Assembly (NCBI GenBank): GCA_030141605.1
Contig: JAQGDQ010000281.1
Span: 239,465 to 303,464, forward strand
Direction of reading: 5' to 3'
Source of the DNA: Tubiluchus corallicola
Lineage: Eukaryota; Animalia; Priapulida
Length of the DNA stretch: 64,000 nt
The position numbers and the translations under genes were made by a program. Shown in pieces: positions 42,262 through 56,200 of the stretch; the stretch's first letter is position 1; each line of letters begins with the position of its first letter. The notes below the pieces were generated by a model that saw only the letters and a program-made list of their open reading frames with translations, was not told the DNA's origin and did no database searches.

Positions 42262-43197
42262 ATGGCATGTTTAAGTAAAAAGTTTCTTGTTCTGTGTATA
42301 TCGGTTTTTATAACATTTTCGCTTGTTTCTGTTGGTGGGGCAAGAATTTGGGAATGGTCTGGAAAAGATGAAAATTTCATCGTTTACGAGAAAGACATTG
42401 TATACAAGTTGAGGGGCAGAATCTTCGAGCCACCCGTGAATCTCGAATTATACTTCGACGCTCTATTTAACGACACGTTGAGAAAAAGATTACCCGAGCC
42501 TGTAATCATTCCGATGGACGAGAGTGACTACTCAACGACTACTGAAGACACGTTGGATATTGCAAATCGGTGGAAAGCTCCGACAACACCTCCTCCGGAA
42601 ATAACTAATGCTCCCTCTTATTACAATGGAAGCTGCAAAGTGAAAGAGTACAAATGCACTGAAAAATTTCTAAGGGCTTATATTGATCAAGGTTACGGAC
42701 CTCTTGTGAGAGATAAAAACAAGAATGAAAATGACGTGACTGAGACAAGTAAAGTGGTGAGTGGTGGCGGCGTCCAATATAGCTATAAGGCATGCTTAAA
42801 GGGAGCGCCCCTAACAAAATTGTTCATGAAATCCAAAAACACAGGAGACTATTCTTTCCGTTATCAGTTTAAGCAGCCATCCAAAACAAAAGCCAAAGAG
42901 GAAAAGATCGTGCACTCACTGAATTTCCTTCGCCCTAATGAATGTAATAAGAGGAAGGGTAACTATGAATCAGGTTGTACAACGGATATCGGCATAACTA
43001 TTCAAAACAAATGGGGCGTGTGGATTGACTACAAGGACGAAAAAGGCAGTAAAATTTTTTCATTCAACAAATTCAAATTGGATGTCGAACTGAAACCAAA
43101 GCCTATGATTGTCAGAGGCATACGAGCTTATCCCGTTGCTTGGAAAGGGAAAAGGTACCCATCAATGAAGCTGAGACCCAGATTCTGCGTTGAATAA
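42262..43197 (+). CDS. Predicted secreted protein (311 aa) with signal peptide, Thr/Pro-rich linker and divergent discoidin/F5-8 type C-like C-terminal domain
   Basis: Longest stop-terminated ORF in the window. It has a hydrophobic N-terminus (KKFLVLCISVFITFSLVSVGG-A), a splice acceptor tctttcgcag 7 nt before the ATG, and AATAAA at and just after the stop. The C-terminus WIDYKDEKGSKIF..PMIVRGIRAYPVAWKG..SMKLRPRFC resembles the FA58C pattern W..YKD..KVF..PPI.ARYIRI.P..W....LR.E..GC. Confidence 0.82.
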   Translation: MACLSKKFLVLCISVFITFSLVSVGGARIWEWSGKDENFIVYEKDIVYKLRGRIFEPPVNLELYFDALFNDTLRKRLPEPVIIPMDESDYSTTTEDTLDIANRWKAPTTPPPEITNAPSYYNGSCKVKEYKCTEKFLRAYIDQGYGPLVRDKNKNENDVTETSKVVSGGGVQYSYKACLKGAPLTKLFMKSKNTGDYSFRYQFKQPSKTKAKEEKIVHSLNFLRPNECNKRKGNYESGCTTDIGITIQNKWGVWIDYKDEKGSKIFSFNKFKLDVELKPKPMIVRGIRAYPVAWKGKRYPSMKLRPRFCVE

Positions 43198-46100
43198 AAA
43201 TAAGAGTACATGGAGTAAATAAAGTAAAAATAACCGTCTTTATGTTCTTTTGTAAAGAGGGTACAGTGCTGCTTTAAATTTCAGGATATCAACTGTAAGT
43301 GCTCTGTTACAGGGTACAGTGTTTACTGGTATTTTGCCATTCAATATGATAAAACTGGATTATTGTTTAATTTGTCAAATTGAAATTAAGTACTTTTGTA
43401 ATTTGGTAGCTGATTAAAATGATCATTCATATACAGTATTATTTATACAATAGCGCCATCTGGCATAAAAGCTATCAATATAAGAATAAATTTAATTTAA
43501 TTTTTAAAAGTCTAATTCTTGGTAGTTTTTCTATGCTAGCCAAATTGCAAAACACTGATACATTTTTGTACCCTGGGTGACTTAAAAGTTAAAGCGAATA
43601 AGAAAGGTTAGCTTCTAAATGATGCACTCGTGTATTTCTTCTTATTATTATTTCTAAATTAAGAAGCTGCAAAAAATAATTAGAATAATTAGGTCATAGA
43701 AGCACGTTAAACAATTTGCGAAGGTTTATATACACACGCACAATATGCGAATATGAACTTAATGCAGAGTTTTGTTTGAATCCTATCCAAACAAAACTTG
43801 TTTTTCTTATGAATCACAATTTCCCATCCTGTACCCAAATAAATCGTAAAGCCCTGTTTTCAATTAAGTAAAACCTGTAGTTGCTGTACTTAATTTATTG
43901 TCGACGTGGATTTCATATCATCTGATTAGCCGGAGCATGGGATGCACAGTAAGTTGCCCCAGTAGAGACCCGGAAACGGACGCCGGTTTTGGAGGCTTTT
44001 TAGCAACTAATATTTTAAAAGAATTTTATGGAGTGAGATATAATAATTTTGAACTTTCAGGTGTTGTTAGTCCTGTGACATCTTGTTATTCACTTATTTT
44101 GACATTAACAACTGCTTTTAGAGAACCCAAAGCTAAATATAGATTCTGTACTGACCGATCGGTGGTGCTGACGCATTTTACTGCATTTGCGCATTTTACT
44201 GTCATAATTCTAATATATATATATATTTTGTAAATTCATGCATGTGTTTTTGTAATTTGTAACTGCAAATGAACTAGAAAGCATAAAAACTTTGCATCTC
44301 TAATTCGAATCCTAACGGCGCATTCAGACTACTTCTCTGCCAAGTTTCTTGCCAAGTTAACTCAGTAAGTCGTGTTTCAGAGAGCTTGCAATTTCTCGCC
44401 GGCAGTAATTCGTAAAGCAGTTCACACTTTCGAGTTTGCTGTCAGAGAGAAAACTCGCGTCGTAAGCCGTTGTGTATTTGTGTAGCTTTAGTAAATCAAA
44501 CCCTGCATGCCTCGATGGAGGTTGATCTATTTGCATGAAGTTTGACATGGAAGTTAGACTCGGTATGTAATTTCAACATATATTACTCTTCCAATCACAT
44601 TGTAAATTTAGGTGATTTTTAAAAAATAATTTCTCGCTTTCCCTTTGAAATTCGTTTTTATTTAAATCATTTTGTTTAAGACTATGCGTTAACTATACTG
44701 TCGCAATATTAAATAATTTGTGTTATAGCGTTTGTTAGTAGAATTTTTCCCCTGCAATAACGAAAATGGTACAAGCAGTAGTTATAAAATGTGGAAATCA
44801 AAATATCAAAGTCACACTAAAATAATATAAAAATTATAGCCCGAGCTCAAAACCTGCAGGAAGAGATGCAACTAAAAAGTCACACAGCGACCTTTGACCC
44901 AGGAATAACAGGTCATGTATAAAACATAATATTATACATAGCATAAGTCCTCTTAGTAATAGTAGTAACATATTTTTAACAATGGTGGGGAAAAACTTAC
45001 CTGGGAATGCGCCCTTTGAGTTCGTTGACTAGCGCTGTGCGTGTGTTTGTTAAGGAAACCATTCCTATCCATGATGCCAATGACAGGAAAGGTGTGACAG
45101 GGACAGGATTCATGTAATTACAGAACTTGAGCCAAGAATAGACGTGATTGTTGGAAGAGATACATTGGCAGGGTGATACGGAAGAAGGGCAGCTACGTGT
45201 AGATAACTGGTTGCTATTTGGAGATAATGTTAACTGTGCAAAAAATTATCTTTATTAGAAAACGAAAACAGAAAAAAACTAAGGGTACAGTACTCATCTA
45301 GAATAACAGTGATTGTCGTTATTGTCGAATGAAATATCCATGATACAAAGAAATCTGGTGTTACTAACCTTACAGATAATCCAAATTTTTGGCTATGAAC
45401 TTATTTAAGTTTTCTTATGTTAGGAAGAATACAGACTGGAATGTAGTAAAAGGGAGTGAAAAGTTACGTTGGCGTTTGTTTAGTATAAAGAAAGGAAAAA
45501 TTGTCCTGGGCAACATTATGGAAAAAAAGATAGCAGTCAATAAAGGAACACTAAAGGAATGGGAGCTACTGGCAAATTGATATACAAGGTAGCCGAGTAG
45601 AGGACTATCTCCCGCCCTGTTAAAAACAGTTTAAACCATGAACATGAACAATTTGAACATGGCTATTGTCGCCAATGTCGAGGTCCCTCAGAATGCGCAG
45701 CATCAGAATGCTAGTATACTTGTGCTTGATCTCGCTGATAGATGGCAGCTGCTTTCATCATAACATCACATGATATGTTAGCTTGTGAGTTGGAATTATG
45801 GTTGATTTACCTTTCCACCCACAAAATAACACAGAAAAACAGGTAAAACACGATAAGCGGTTGGTTTTGTAATGAATAAGTAATGGTTGCGCGAGATTAA
45901 CAATGTATGTTTTTTGACAGGGCGGTTTAACGACTGCTTTGGCAAATGTGGCAAGATTTAGTGAATTTAAAGATACAGCCTAGGCCTTTATATGTATAAG
46001 TTTATTTTTTGCAACTGCAAGTTTATTCTTCCAACCGTTCATGATATTTATCATCAGGAGTCAACTTGACCTGTGAAAATTATGCATATATCACTCTCAC

Positions 46101-47249
46101 CAGTAAATCCCATCCATTCTCATTTCTGTGTTCATCGGCATTATTTCTTTATTTTTTCTGTATTCGTTCATTCCATTTATTACTATATTAGGTAAACACT
46201 GCACAAGTTCTCTTACAGTGTTGACTTGATGCGTTTTCATGTGCTGATGATTTACAAGTTTTGTTTGTTACACATTCTATATACACATTAATAGTAATAC
46301 ATTGGCATTGTATATAGTAAATCTAATATTAATAATAATATTAATTATTGTTAAAAAATTACATTGTGATGATGTCAATTGTTTTGCAGCTGGCCAGCTA
46401 CTGCTGCTAGTTGAGAGCAGCTTTTTTGTCCAGGTTCATTTATTTCTGATATGCAAATCGGTTCAACTCATTGCACGGCATTCACCACCAAATTGATTGC
46501 ACGAACAATTAATCCTTTTTGTTTGCATCCACATTTGGTGGCACTAAGCAGTTTTTAAACATTGTGCATTGCTGTTCCCACTCATTAACTCAAACTCACA
46601 CATTTTTAGCCTGGTTTTTCCAAAATTGCCATTTTTCAAATGATCCAATATGTCCCAAAATGTTTACCTCATGTTGTGCAGGTTGTCTAGAGGTTGTCTA
46701 GTATAGTCTTTTGAATGATATTAGTCAAATCTTTCCATGGTGTATAGTTCATCCAATTATTAATTTGGTTCATTTCAGTTCTTCATTTTGCCATTTCTTT
46801 GTGTCACTACAGCAATAATTTGTTTCATATTTTTTTGATACTGTCAATTTTTCACTGTCCTAAAAATGCTAAATTTTCTAGTTTTTTTTGATGTGGAGAC
46901 GAAGAACCAAAATTAAACTGCAATGCTTAAAATTGCTTTTGATTGGCTATGGTATTTTTGACATAAAACAATTGTTTTCAGGTGTGCTGAACAGCTATAA
47001 GTGATCAGTTCCCAACTTTATTTATCTTGTGTATTCATGTTTGTTTTATTTTATATTAAATGTTGCAGATTCCAACTTGAATATATTAAAATTAAATGCA
47101 CACACGCACGCACGCACACACACTCACACATACACACACACACCATTTCATTACTTAATGCCTGTAAGTTCTGAACTTGTGCTGCATTACAAATGAAGTC
47201 CAGTTGCAAGTTTAAACTGATATGTATGTCATTGTTTGTTCTAGCACTG

Positions 47250-50200
47250 ATGGCTGAGGAAGAAAATTCAGCTTCTCACTCAGAGAAGAAGCCATGGGAA
47301 CAGCCTTGGACTACGATACGAATGCGTCAAAATGCTAATACTTGGACACTAGCTGCGGATTCTGGGGTAATTATAAATAATTAAATAAGATCTTCTTGAT
47401 CGCTTTAATGAATAATGAGTGAGTTTGTTAAATTTCAGTGGTACGTTAGTAGCGTAGCTAGTGAGAATTGTTTAAAAAGTAGCTTTTTGTTCTGCTTGGT
47501 ATAATCTTCAGTGATGCTATATTTTGTTGCAGCTTTATGCTGATTACAGTCTTGATTTGGATATTGACAACTATTCGCACCTTCTTACTTTGACTGCCGG
47601 ACCTCGCGAGTGGACAAAATAGTTTCATGTAAAAGAATATTGTATGTGTAACTCAATAGAATGTCAGATTGATTTCTTTACAGGCATGTGTTAAATTGAG
47701 AATAGTTTACCTGACAGGTCTTTGGTGCAATACCACAATCAGATCATAATAATAACTTCATTACAAATAGTTTCTCTCAACATCACATTTGTGCAATTAC
47801 ATATATGTGCTGAGAGGTAGATTGGTAGCCTGCACATGGAAATATTCTTCAAAAACTGGGTTCAAAGGCTGGGCAGTTCTGATCTTTGTATTTAAAACTA
47901 ACATTTATTCTAAACTATCCCTTCACAAGTCACCGGTTTGCAAACAGAATAGTCCTTGCTGGTTTGGAACTGATTAAGAACATACACAGTTGATATCGAT
48001 TGGACTTTGAATAATTGCTATTTGTATTTGCTTGATTGTTAGAGATTTTAATGTTTTAGAAACTAAGCATTCTAACAGGTGTCAAAAGTATTCACAATTA
48101 CGAAAGCTTGCTACTTAAAAAATGTTTTATTGAATGTTGCAGCTGCTGCATTACCTGCAGGATTTCTCGCAACGCATGACACTTCGTACGCATGAGATGG
48201 AAAAAGTTGTTGAGAGTTTATTGAGAGATGCTCAAATGTCAAGTAATCATGTCTACAACGTCTTCAATAGTTTCCTACATTTGTCTAACACTCAGTTTAT
48301 TGAAAGTGTATGTTTAGTTTTGATTTTTTGGCAAATTATTGAATTCTTACAGGTTGTGAAACAGACATTACAGCTACACATTTTCTCAAAAATTATTTGC
48401 CACTGGCATATACTGTCAGATTAAAGCAAATTAATGTCTTTTGAACTCAATATCAAATTAGTATTTATTAAAATATCAAATTCATTAAACTCCACCAGAC
48501 TTTTACGCATGTTTACATATTGTTGTTTACATATTTTTAAGGTCATATTAAAGGAAAACCGGAAGATTCTTCATATCCTTTATTGCTGCAAAAGCATTTT
48601 TGATAATTAAATAAAAGATTAAAATCTTATTTAATGGCAGGCAAGCCCAACTATTGATGACATTACAAAAGAACATAATTTTCAACAGCAAAAACATTCC
48701 ATGAGCGTATTGCACGTGCTTGCAAAAGCGAAAATTGTAGTACAGTACTACTGTAAGAGATTCAGTGTGTTGTGCTAAAACACGGCAAGTTTTAAGAATC
48801 AGATTTCAAATTTACCACTGTGGTCATGCATGAGCAGTCAAATGTCTGCAGTATGTCACAAATGAATGGGTCTGAACTGAGAGGTACACCACCTGTTTTC
48901 TATGCAACCTATTCCTGAAATGCATGCCCTAGTGCCCGTCTAACTAGCGAATAGCAAAATGCATGTAACAGCAAAAAACTATAGGCACAAATGCGAAATT
49001 GCATTTGTGTGGTAATAATTTTGTTATGTAAGACATTTTTGAAAGAATAGCATGCATCCTTTCAATATTTTAAAGTGTAAATAGTTTTGACCTACAGTTT
49101 TAAGATTGGGCCCAGTTTTCCTTTAAGATCACATTTGTGAAGCCTATTTTTTTTACTGGTTGTACGGAGCTTCGTTGTGTTTTTACTAATATGTAGTACT
49201 TTTTGTTAGTTATTTGGTATTACAACAATGCCAACCAGTTCGTACGAGTAATCAATCGAAAAAGTTGTACATACCATCTGACTTGAATTACAAAATGATA
49301 TAACTTCACAGATGCTAGTAAAAATTAGGAATAATGTCATCTGCCCGCACGTGCTAGAATGACGTAAAAAACTGAATCTCCAAAATAATGAAAAAATTAT
49401 AAAAGACGTTCTCACCAATGGTGGGCAGTACACAGCTGAAAAATTGGAGGAATAATTCTGAAAAATAACGAATGAAATGATCGCCGATCAGTTAATGATA
49501 AGTAGACATTGTTCCTAGTATCATGGAGAGTAACCACCCATGGAAAGGCTCTTGATTAGATATTGTACTATAGTAATTGCATAGTTTTCTGAAAGGCAGA
49601 GGAGAACCAAGAATAGCCTTTTGTATTGTTCATTACCAATTTGCAGGGTAATTCATTTCACAGTTGCACTGTATGTCATTTTGTTGCATTGTCCATTGTG
49701 CAGAATGTAGCTATGGAAGACCTTAAGCTTGATGAAAATTAGTTTGCTTATACATTTTTAAACTGAAAATATACCTTCTGAATCTCAAGCAACTGTTATC
49801 TCAATGCTAAAAAAGTATTTATTATAGAGAGTTTATGATGAAGAAGAAAAGGAAACGATAGCAGAAGAAAAACCGATGGAGGTATGTGTAATTGTGTACT
49901 TGATTGAATATTGTTTTTTTGGCATGACTAACTATACAGAATCTTGTTACCTACCATATATATTAATTCTTCCAGTATATTTATTTATGTTTTTTTAATT
50001 TATATAATACACCATTTTCTCTGCAGCTATGGAACAATTTGTGATATATTATATATCAAATGAATCATCTCGGTCTTCCATGAATCCATACTGGGAATTA
50101 ATTTTTTAATCCGGGAAGCAGGATTGGCAGGCGAAAAATCCCTAAAATGCCCATTTTTTAGTAAAACTGTTAAAACTGAAATTCAAATAATGTGATCGCG

Positions 50201-53200
50201 AGTAATGGGGCGCTATATGATACTTTGGTTGGTATTACTTAAAAATGGTATCTACTTGACAAATTTTTAGGGAAAATTACAGCAATTATTAAAAGTGATA
50301 GTTACTGATAATGTTTTGTCATATTCACTTACTTTATTTACACTGATATCTCGGTTTGCCAGACAAAAGCGGGGAGACGTTATTTTGAATTTGCTGATTT
50401 CCGTACTTACCGATACTAAGCTAATACAGTAGGTGCCATGTATTACGCTCATGGTAATGCAGAATCATCTAATTGTCTTAAAAACATCTAGTACAGGCCG
50501 CTTCTATGCAAATTATATAAAAACTGTCAGCAATTGACTTGAATAACTTCAGATAATTGAGTCTGTATTTTTTCTGCGTATGCTTAAGTAAGATACTTTT
50601 GTGTGACCAATGAGCTTTTACTATTTTTGCGTCATCTTACTTTCGTGCACAACAATATATGTAGAAACAATGGAGTTAAATACAGTGTCATTACACGCTG
50701 CTTGATTACGCTGATGTAGTGATGTAAACAAAGTGATGGCCCACCAACTAGCGGTCAGCTCGCAAAACAACAGACTGCGCGTGACTTTTTAATGGTCCAG
50801 ATTTTGTCCGATTCTTCCCATATCCGCAAAAGCAAGGTCAGGCAAACCGAGATACGAGTGTACTTAGTTCGCTGTTATTTTCCAGTTGGTTGTTTTATTA
50901 TGTTTTTTATTTGCGTCATGATCTCTAGTTCTGCATTTTCTATGATTCTTTTATATTCTGTAATGGCATCTATGCGTGTTGTCATTTTATGCATCGTCAC
51001 TTTGTAAATAATTATAACAATATCTGCGTCATTCATAATCATACCAAAAAATTTAAGTAAACACATTGAACCGATTATTATACATTAATGATTATGTTAT
51101 TATGTAAATTGACCTAGTCATTGCCTTGTGTGATGTTTGATTTAATAATTTTAGAAATCTAAAGAACAGCGAGAAGCAGAACTGATTAGCACGATGACGC
51201 AAGCAGTAAATTTGAGCTTAGAAGTGATGGATTCAGCATTTGAACGCATTGAAGCCAAATCTTTGCTGGAAAATGAATTTGAAGAAACTGTTCCCGTGTC
51301 TTCTATTCTCACTGCTAAAGTAAGTACAGTGTCATGAAGGAATTTTGCTTGTGAAAAATGATTTCAGTGCAGAGACGTTACTGTGTGACAAATTGACCAA
51401 CTGCAGACAAAATCAGAAAGTAAATTTTTAAAGAAAATTCGCTTTTCATTTAATTTTTATTGGTATTAAGTGGCAGCTGTTGTTTCGTGTTTTTAATTCT
51501 TACCCGAATGGTTTCATAAAAGAATTTATGATAGTTGACTATGTAGAAAGCACTTATTTCTTGAAAAAAGGATGGGTATAGCTTGATTATTATGACATTC
51601 AGTTTTGCTTGTTCAACTGCGGCACTGTGCCTACATTGCTGCAGAGAGTAATATTGTTGAATTTGTCTCATTTGTTGCTTGCTTGAAGAGAATAATTTTT
51701 GGGCTGCATACGGCAATGAAAACAATTTTCACAAACAATATATAAACAATAAGCAAGAAATTGTTTATTTTGATTACATGACATAGCTGGTGTAAGGTTC
51801 TTACACATAGCTAAACTAGATATTGCTGTAGTATAGTCTGTGGGAAGGGCTTCCTACCTATCACCCCTCCTTTCATAATACTATAACCTATCCATGCATA
51901 ACATGATCTTGGAAAGATCTTGGAAAGACACAGATATCCAAGAGAGTACAGTGTAACTGCTGCATCAAAAAGCAGCCAAAAGGCTTTAGCTTTTAACTTT
52001 AACTTTACTTACAAAAATGGTTAAAATCCTAAACTTGATTATAAGAGTCTTTGAAGCACTAAACTTGTGCACATCTACTATTTGACTGATCTAACATAAA
52101 GAGACTATCAGTGATGATACCAGACTACTTCAGTTTTGATGTTGTGGATGGAGCTTTATTCACACTGATGAGATGTTGGAACTCTCTACGATGTGTCTTA
52201 TTCTAAACTACATGGAAAGGCGTGACTAGCCACCAGTGTCCAGACGTTGTGGATTGTGGACGTATCTTGAGTCAACCACAAAGACTTGTGAGCCATTCCT
52301 TAGTTCATGTTTGATTGGTGCTGCAGCCGGCGTCATCACTGTTGATTGTTATGGCCATAGACTTGAAGTCGTTGATGTGTTGCTGTGACTGACTGGAGTG
52401 AGCTACGTCTGCGGACTCCTCTCCTATGTCCTTATCCTCTCAGGGGAAGGGTTAACTGATAAGTAGACATTTTGTTTTCTTTTCACTTTGTTATTTTTGT
52501 TATTCTTAACTGCCTTTATGAGAAACTGTTATTGATTTTATAACCTGTTCTGATTTATCTAAACAGAGTAAAAAGTGAATAAAAATAGTAAACATAATCA
52601 TAATCTATTCCTCCATTTCATATAAGATTTTGTTGTTGGAATGTTTGAAATCTATGTATGTCATGGTCAACATGGAAAACCATAATGCCTAAGTAAACCC
52701 CCGCAAAACGTAACATCAAGCCTTAGACCCGCTGGTTTTTCAAGTGAGCCCTTCGACATTGCAACCTCTCTAAAGACATATTAATTATACCTGTGTCGTT
52801 GAAATTTTTGGTTCATATGCCTGTTGCCCTCTGGAAAATTGTAGGACAACAACCGCCCACGTATGTTGCACAACCCTTTTATTGTGAATAAAAGATGACG
52901 CGACAGGGTAGTCAGATTTGTGGATGAGTTGGGAGGTAAAGAGTTGCACCCCCACCATAAAAATCTACTAGCTCCCAACAGCTGGTTTATGAGTGCATAT
53001 ATGTGAAAGGGAGGTTTTGTTATGATTACCAAGCACAGTACCTCACGTACAATATATACCTGTGTCAGAATCATCTACTGTATAACGATAAACAAATGTG
53101 TCTAGATACACCTGCCGCAAAGCATTTATTGATAGTAGTTGGTAGTTCATACAGGAATTTATGTACTAAATACGAAGGTGCAAAGTTTTTATTATAGCCT

Positions 53201-56200
53201 ATTGCCAACCAGGGTCAAGTTGTCTGTTCTATCGTAAATCACATAAAACTTTTTATAAGACAGCAAGCATAACTGCTTGTTAATTTTTCCATTCATCAAA
53301 TCCAGATGTAATGTGAGAAAAAATGTGAACAAAATATTGCTGGCATTAAAAAATTAAATGATGTTTTTAATTTTTATGTGGCTTCAAAACTTTTTAGAAT
53401 CCATATCAAAAGCGGTCACTTCCACACATCATTGGCTCATCCGGCTTTGCAACTGATGATTCCATAGGGTTAGGCTGGATGTCAGAAGAAGAGGAGACAG
53501 AAGAAGAAGAAGAAAGAAAGATATTCAAGGAAGAGTCAGAAAGCTCCGAGGAGGATAAGCTAATTACAAAGGAGCGACGCAAGTCTCTTGGCGTAAGTGA
53601 GATTTCCAAATTCTTCAGATGGTCTGTAGTTTGTTATAAAATATTTAGATATATATATATAAATTGCTGAAGTTAAACCATACCTTTAGTAGTCAGTTTT
53701 GATATGTAAAGCTCGTTTAATGTTCATCCAGTGAAAATGTTCCTTTTGGGCTGAACACAATTGAGTATTAAATAAAGTTTATGTCTTTATTTGTTTAGAG
53801 TGAACAGTACAGTGATGATGAGGAAAATCTGTTTCAACCTCAGCGCAAAGTCACCAAAGATGCAGAAGACGAAAATATTGACTCATTTGTTCCACATGAT
53901 CTCTTTGCCTCTGATTTGATGTCACAAATCAATGCAGATAAAACGTCAGGTAAAATTAAAGTTAAAGGTGTACAGTGGGCCTGTATAATTGTTCTTGTAC
54001 TAAAAGAGGTATCTGTGTAGGTGCTTCTGTGTGCGTATGCTCATAGCATCCTTGTGTAGCTTGTTCAAGATAAGTGTCTTGTGTAGTATGTCATAAAGGC
54101 GGTTATAGTAGGTGTAAGAGTATTCCTGCACGTGTTCCTATGAAAGGCATTTTAGACGCTTTGTAAATCATTCAGTTTTTCAAGGCAAACGTTTTTGTTA
54201 ACTGTCAGCAAAATCAAATTTAGCATATCTAACTTCTAAAAAGTTTTCCAAAAAAACCAGTAAAAGAGTCAGTGTGGAAATATTTTTCTGTTGCTGTTAT
54301 CGTATTGTATTTTAAATGATAGCAATAAGAGTTTATGTAGCCATTTGAGTCTGTTTTTGTTTACTTATAAAATGCTTTGTTAGGAAGAGAAAGGTCTACA
54401 TCCAACATAAGTAAATCAAGTACCAGAAGTCGTGGGAGTTCTGGTGAAAAAAGAAGTCAAACAAGGCCAACAAAACAGTCATTTACTGGTAGCAGTGGTA
54501 AGCTTAATAACACTTTCAGATGTCTACTATCTAACATTGAGTAAGTTATGATCATCTAAAAGATGTGTAAAAAAATGATAAAAATTTTGTTTTTGTAAGT
54601 TTGTGTGTTTTTCGTCATTTAATGAAATCAGGATTATATGAAAAGTATTGCAGTAGTATGTTAGGATTTTAGCTTTCTTCTCTGAGGTTGGATTCTGTTT
54701 TTGTGCGTATTGAGCCATTGATATGTAATTGCAAGTATGACATTATATATAGGTGGATAAGTAGCTTCATGGCCAAAGATTACTTATCTGGAAAAGGTTT
54801 CTTCCTAACAATAGGGGGCTGGCAATTTGTTAATTATGATTTTATGCGTAGAAGGTGATCTGTTTGCACCACATGCTGACGAAGATCATGATTCACCCTT
54901 CGCAAAAAGTGGTAACTTATTTTCTGGAAAAAGAGGCTTATTTGATGAAGAGGAGGGGGATAAGGAGGTATAGTTTATAGTAATTGCTCTGTGTGTTTAT
55001 TTCATTGTTCAATTGTTTATCTTTTGTTCCTTACTACTGGCCAAATGACACAACTCTTTTCATACATACTTGGTTTGATAGCCAGTGTATGGTATGTTAG
55101 AGACCTTCATTGTCACAAAACGTACAAAGGAAACTCGACTGTGATATCGTAAATAATTCTAGCTTTTATTTCAATTGGTTGATAAACAAGATAAACAAAA
55201 GCTTAATGAGATAATGTGAAATTATATAAAGCAAGAAAAGTCGTAAAGTATGAGAAGACATCTGAGGTGCTGTTTAGTACAAAACAGTTTGTAACAATGC
55301 ATGGTAAAATACGATAAGTCAAATAACCTGGGTGAGGCTGTATATTTCAGTTATTAAAATTAGTTCTTTTGTAGGGTTCAAATTTACCACAGTAACAAAA
55401 GTTAACTTGTTCTTAAAACGAAAAAATCTTGAAAAAATTGCACTTTGCAGTTTGCTTTCCTTAACCAGGTTGCACATTCTTTTTGCTTTGATTAAAACTT
55501 TCATGTTAGTAATGCATCTTGTAGTTTGAATCCTGCATTTATGTAGTTTGTGGCTTTCTTGGAAACACCAGGAAACAGATTTCCTGCCTTACAGAAAAAA
55601 GTTTTAAATATGTGGAATGTGATGCAAATTCATTACACTCATTACAAATGAACAAATAGGTGCATAAAATAAAGCAGTGTTAAAGTAAAAGACATTTTTA
55701 GGATGGTGGACTTTTTGATGAAGGAACAGAAAAAGTTGATTCAAAGAACATTCAGCAAACTGGCGAAAAGGAGGAAAGCCTGATAGAGCCAAGAAAAGAG
55801 CGAACATTAACAGGAAAAAAGCTACCAGCCGGAGCTGTGTCTTTATTTGGAACAGGTTCTATGTTATTGTTGTTGTAGTGGGTGTTAATGTAAGCTGGCA
55901 TTTCTCACTCAAGTGTGGCAAGATTGGACTTAGTTCATTGTCAGTCGTAATCCTCTAATATAAACTATCAAATGTTTACAATTATCGTAATAAATTCGCA
56001 TAAAGCCAGTTGTCATTTTACGCCTAAATTTGGAATGAAGTCTGACCTGAATGTTCAAGTGATCCCTTACACTTAAGATGCTGTACGTGTAAGCGTACTG
56101 AGTATTAGTAGCACCCATCATTGGGAACACTGGCATACTTGTAAGACAGATGGTAATTTTAAATTTATTTTGTTTAAAAAATGGAAAAGGACATTAATAA

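Noticed and set aside
52160-52200. Hammerhead ribozyme core (CTGATGAG)
   Set aside because: No GAAA after a closable stem II, so the catalytic core is incomplete.
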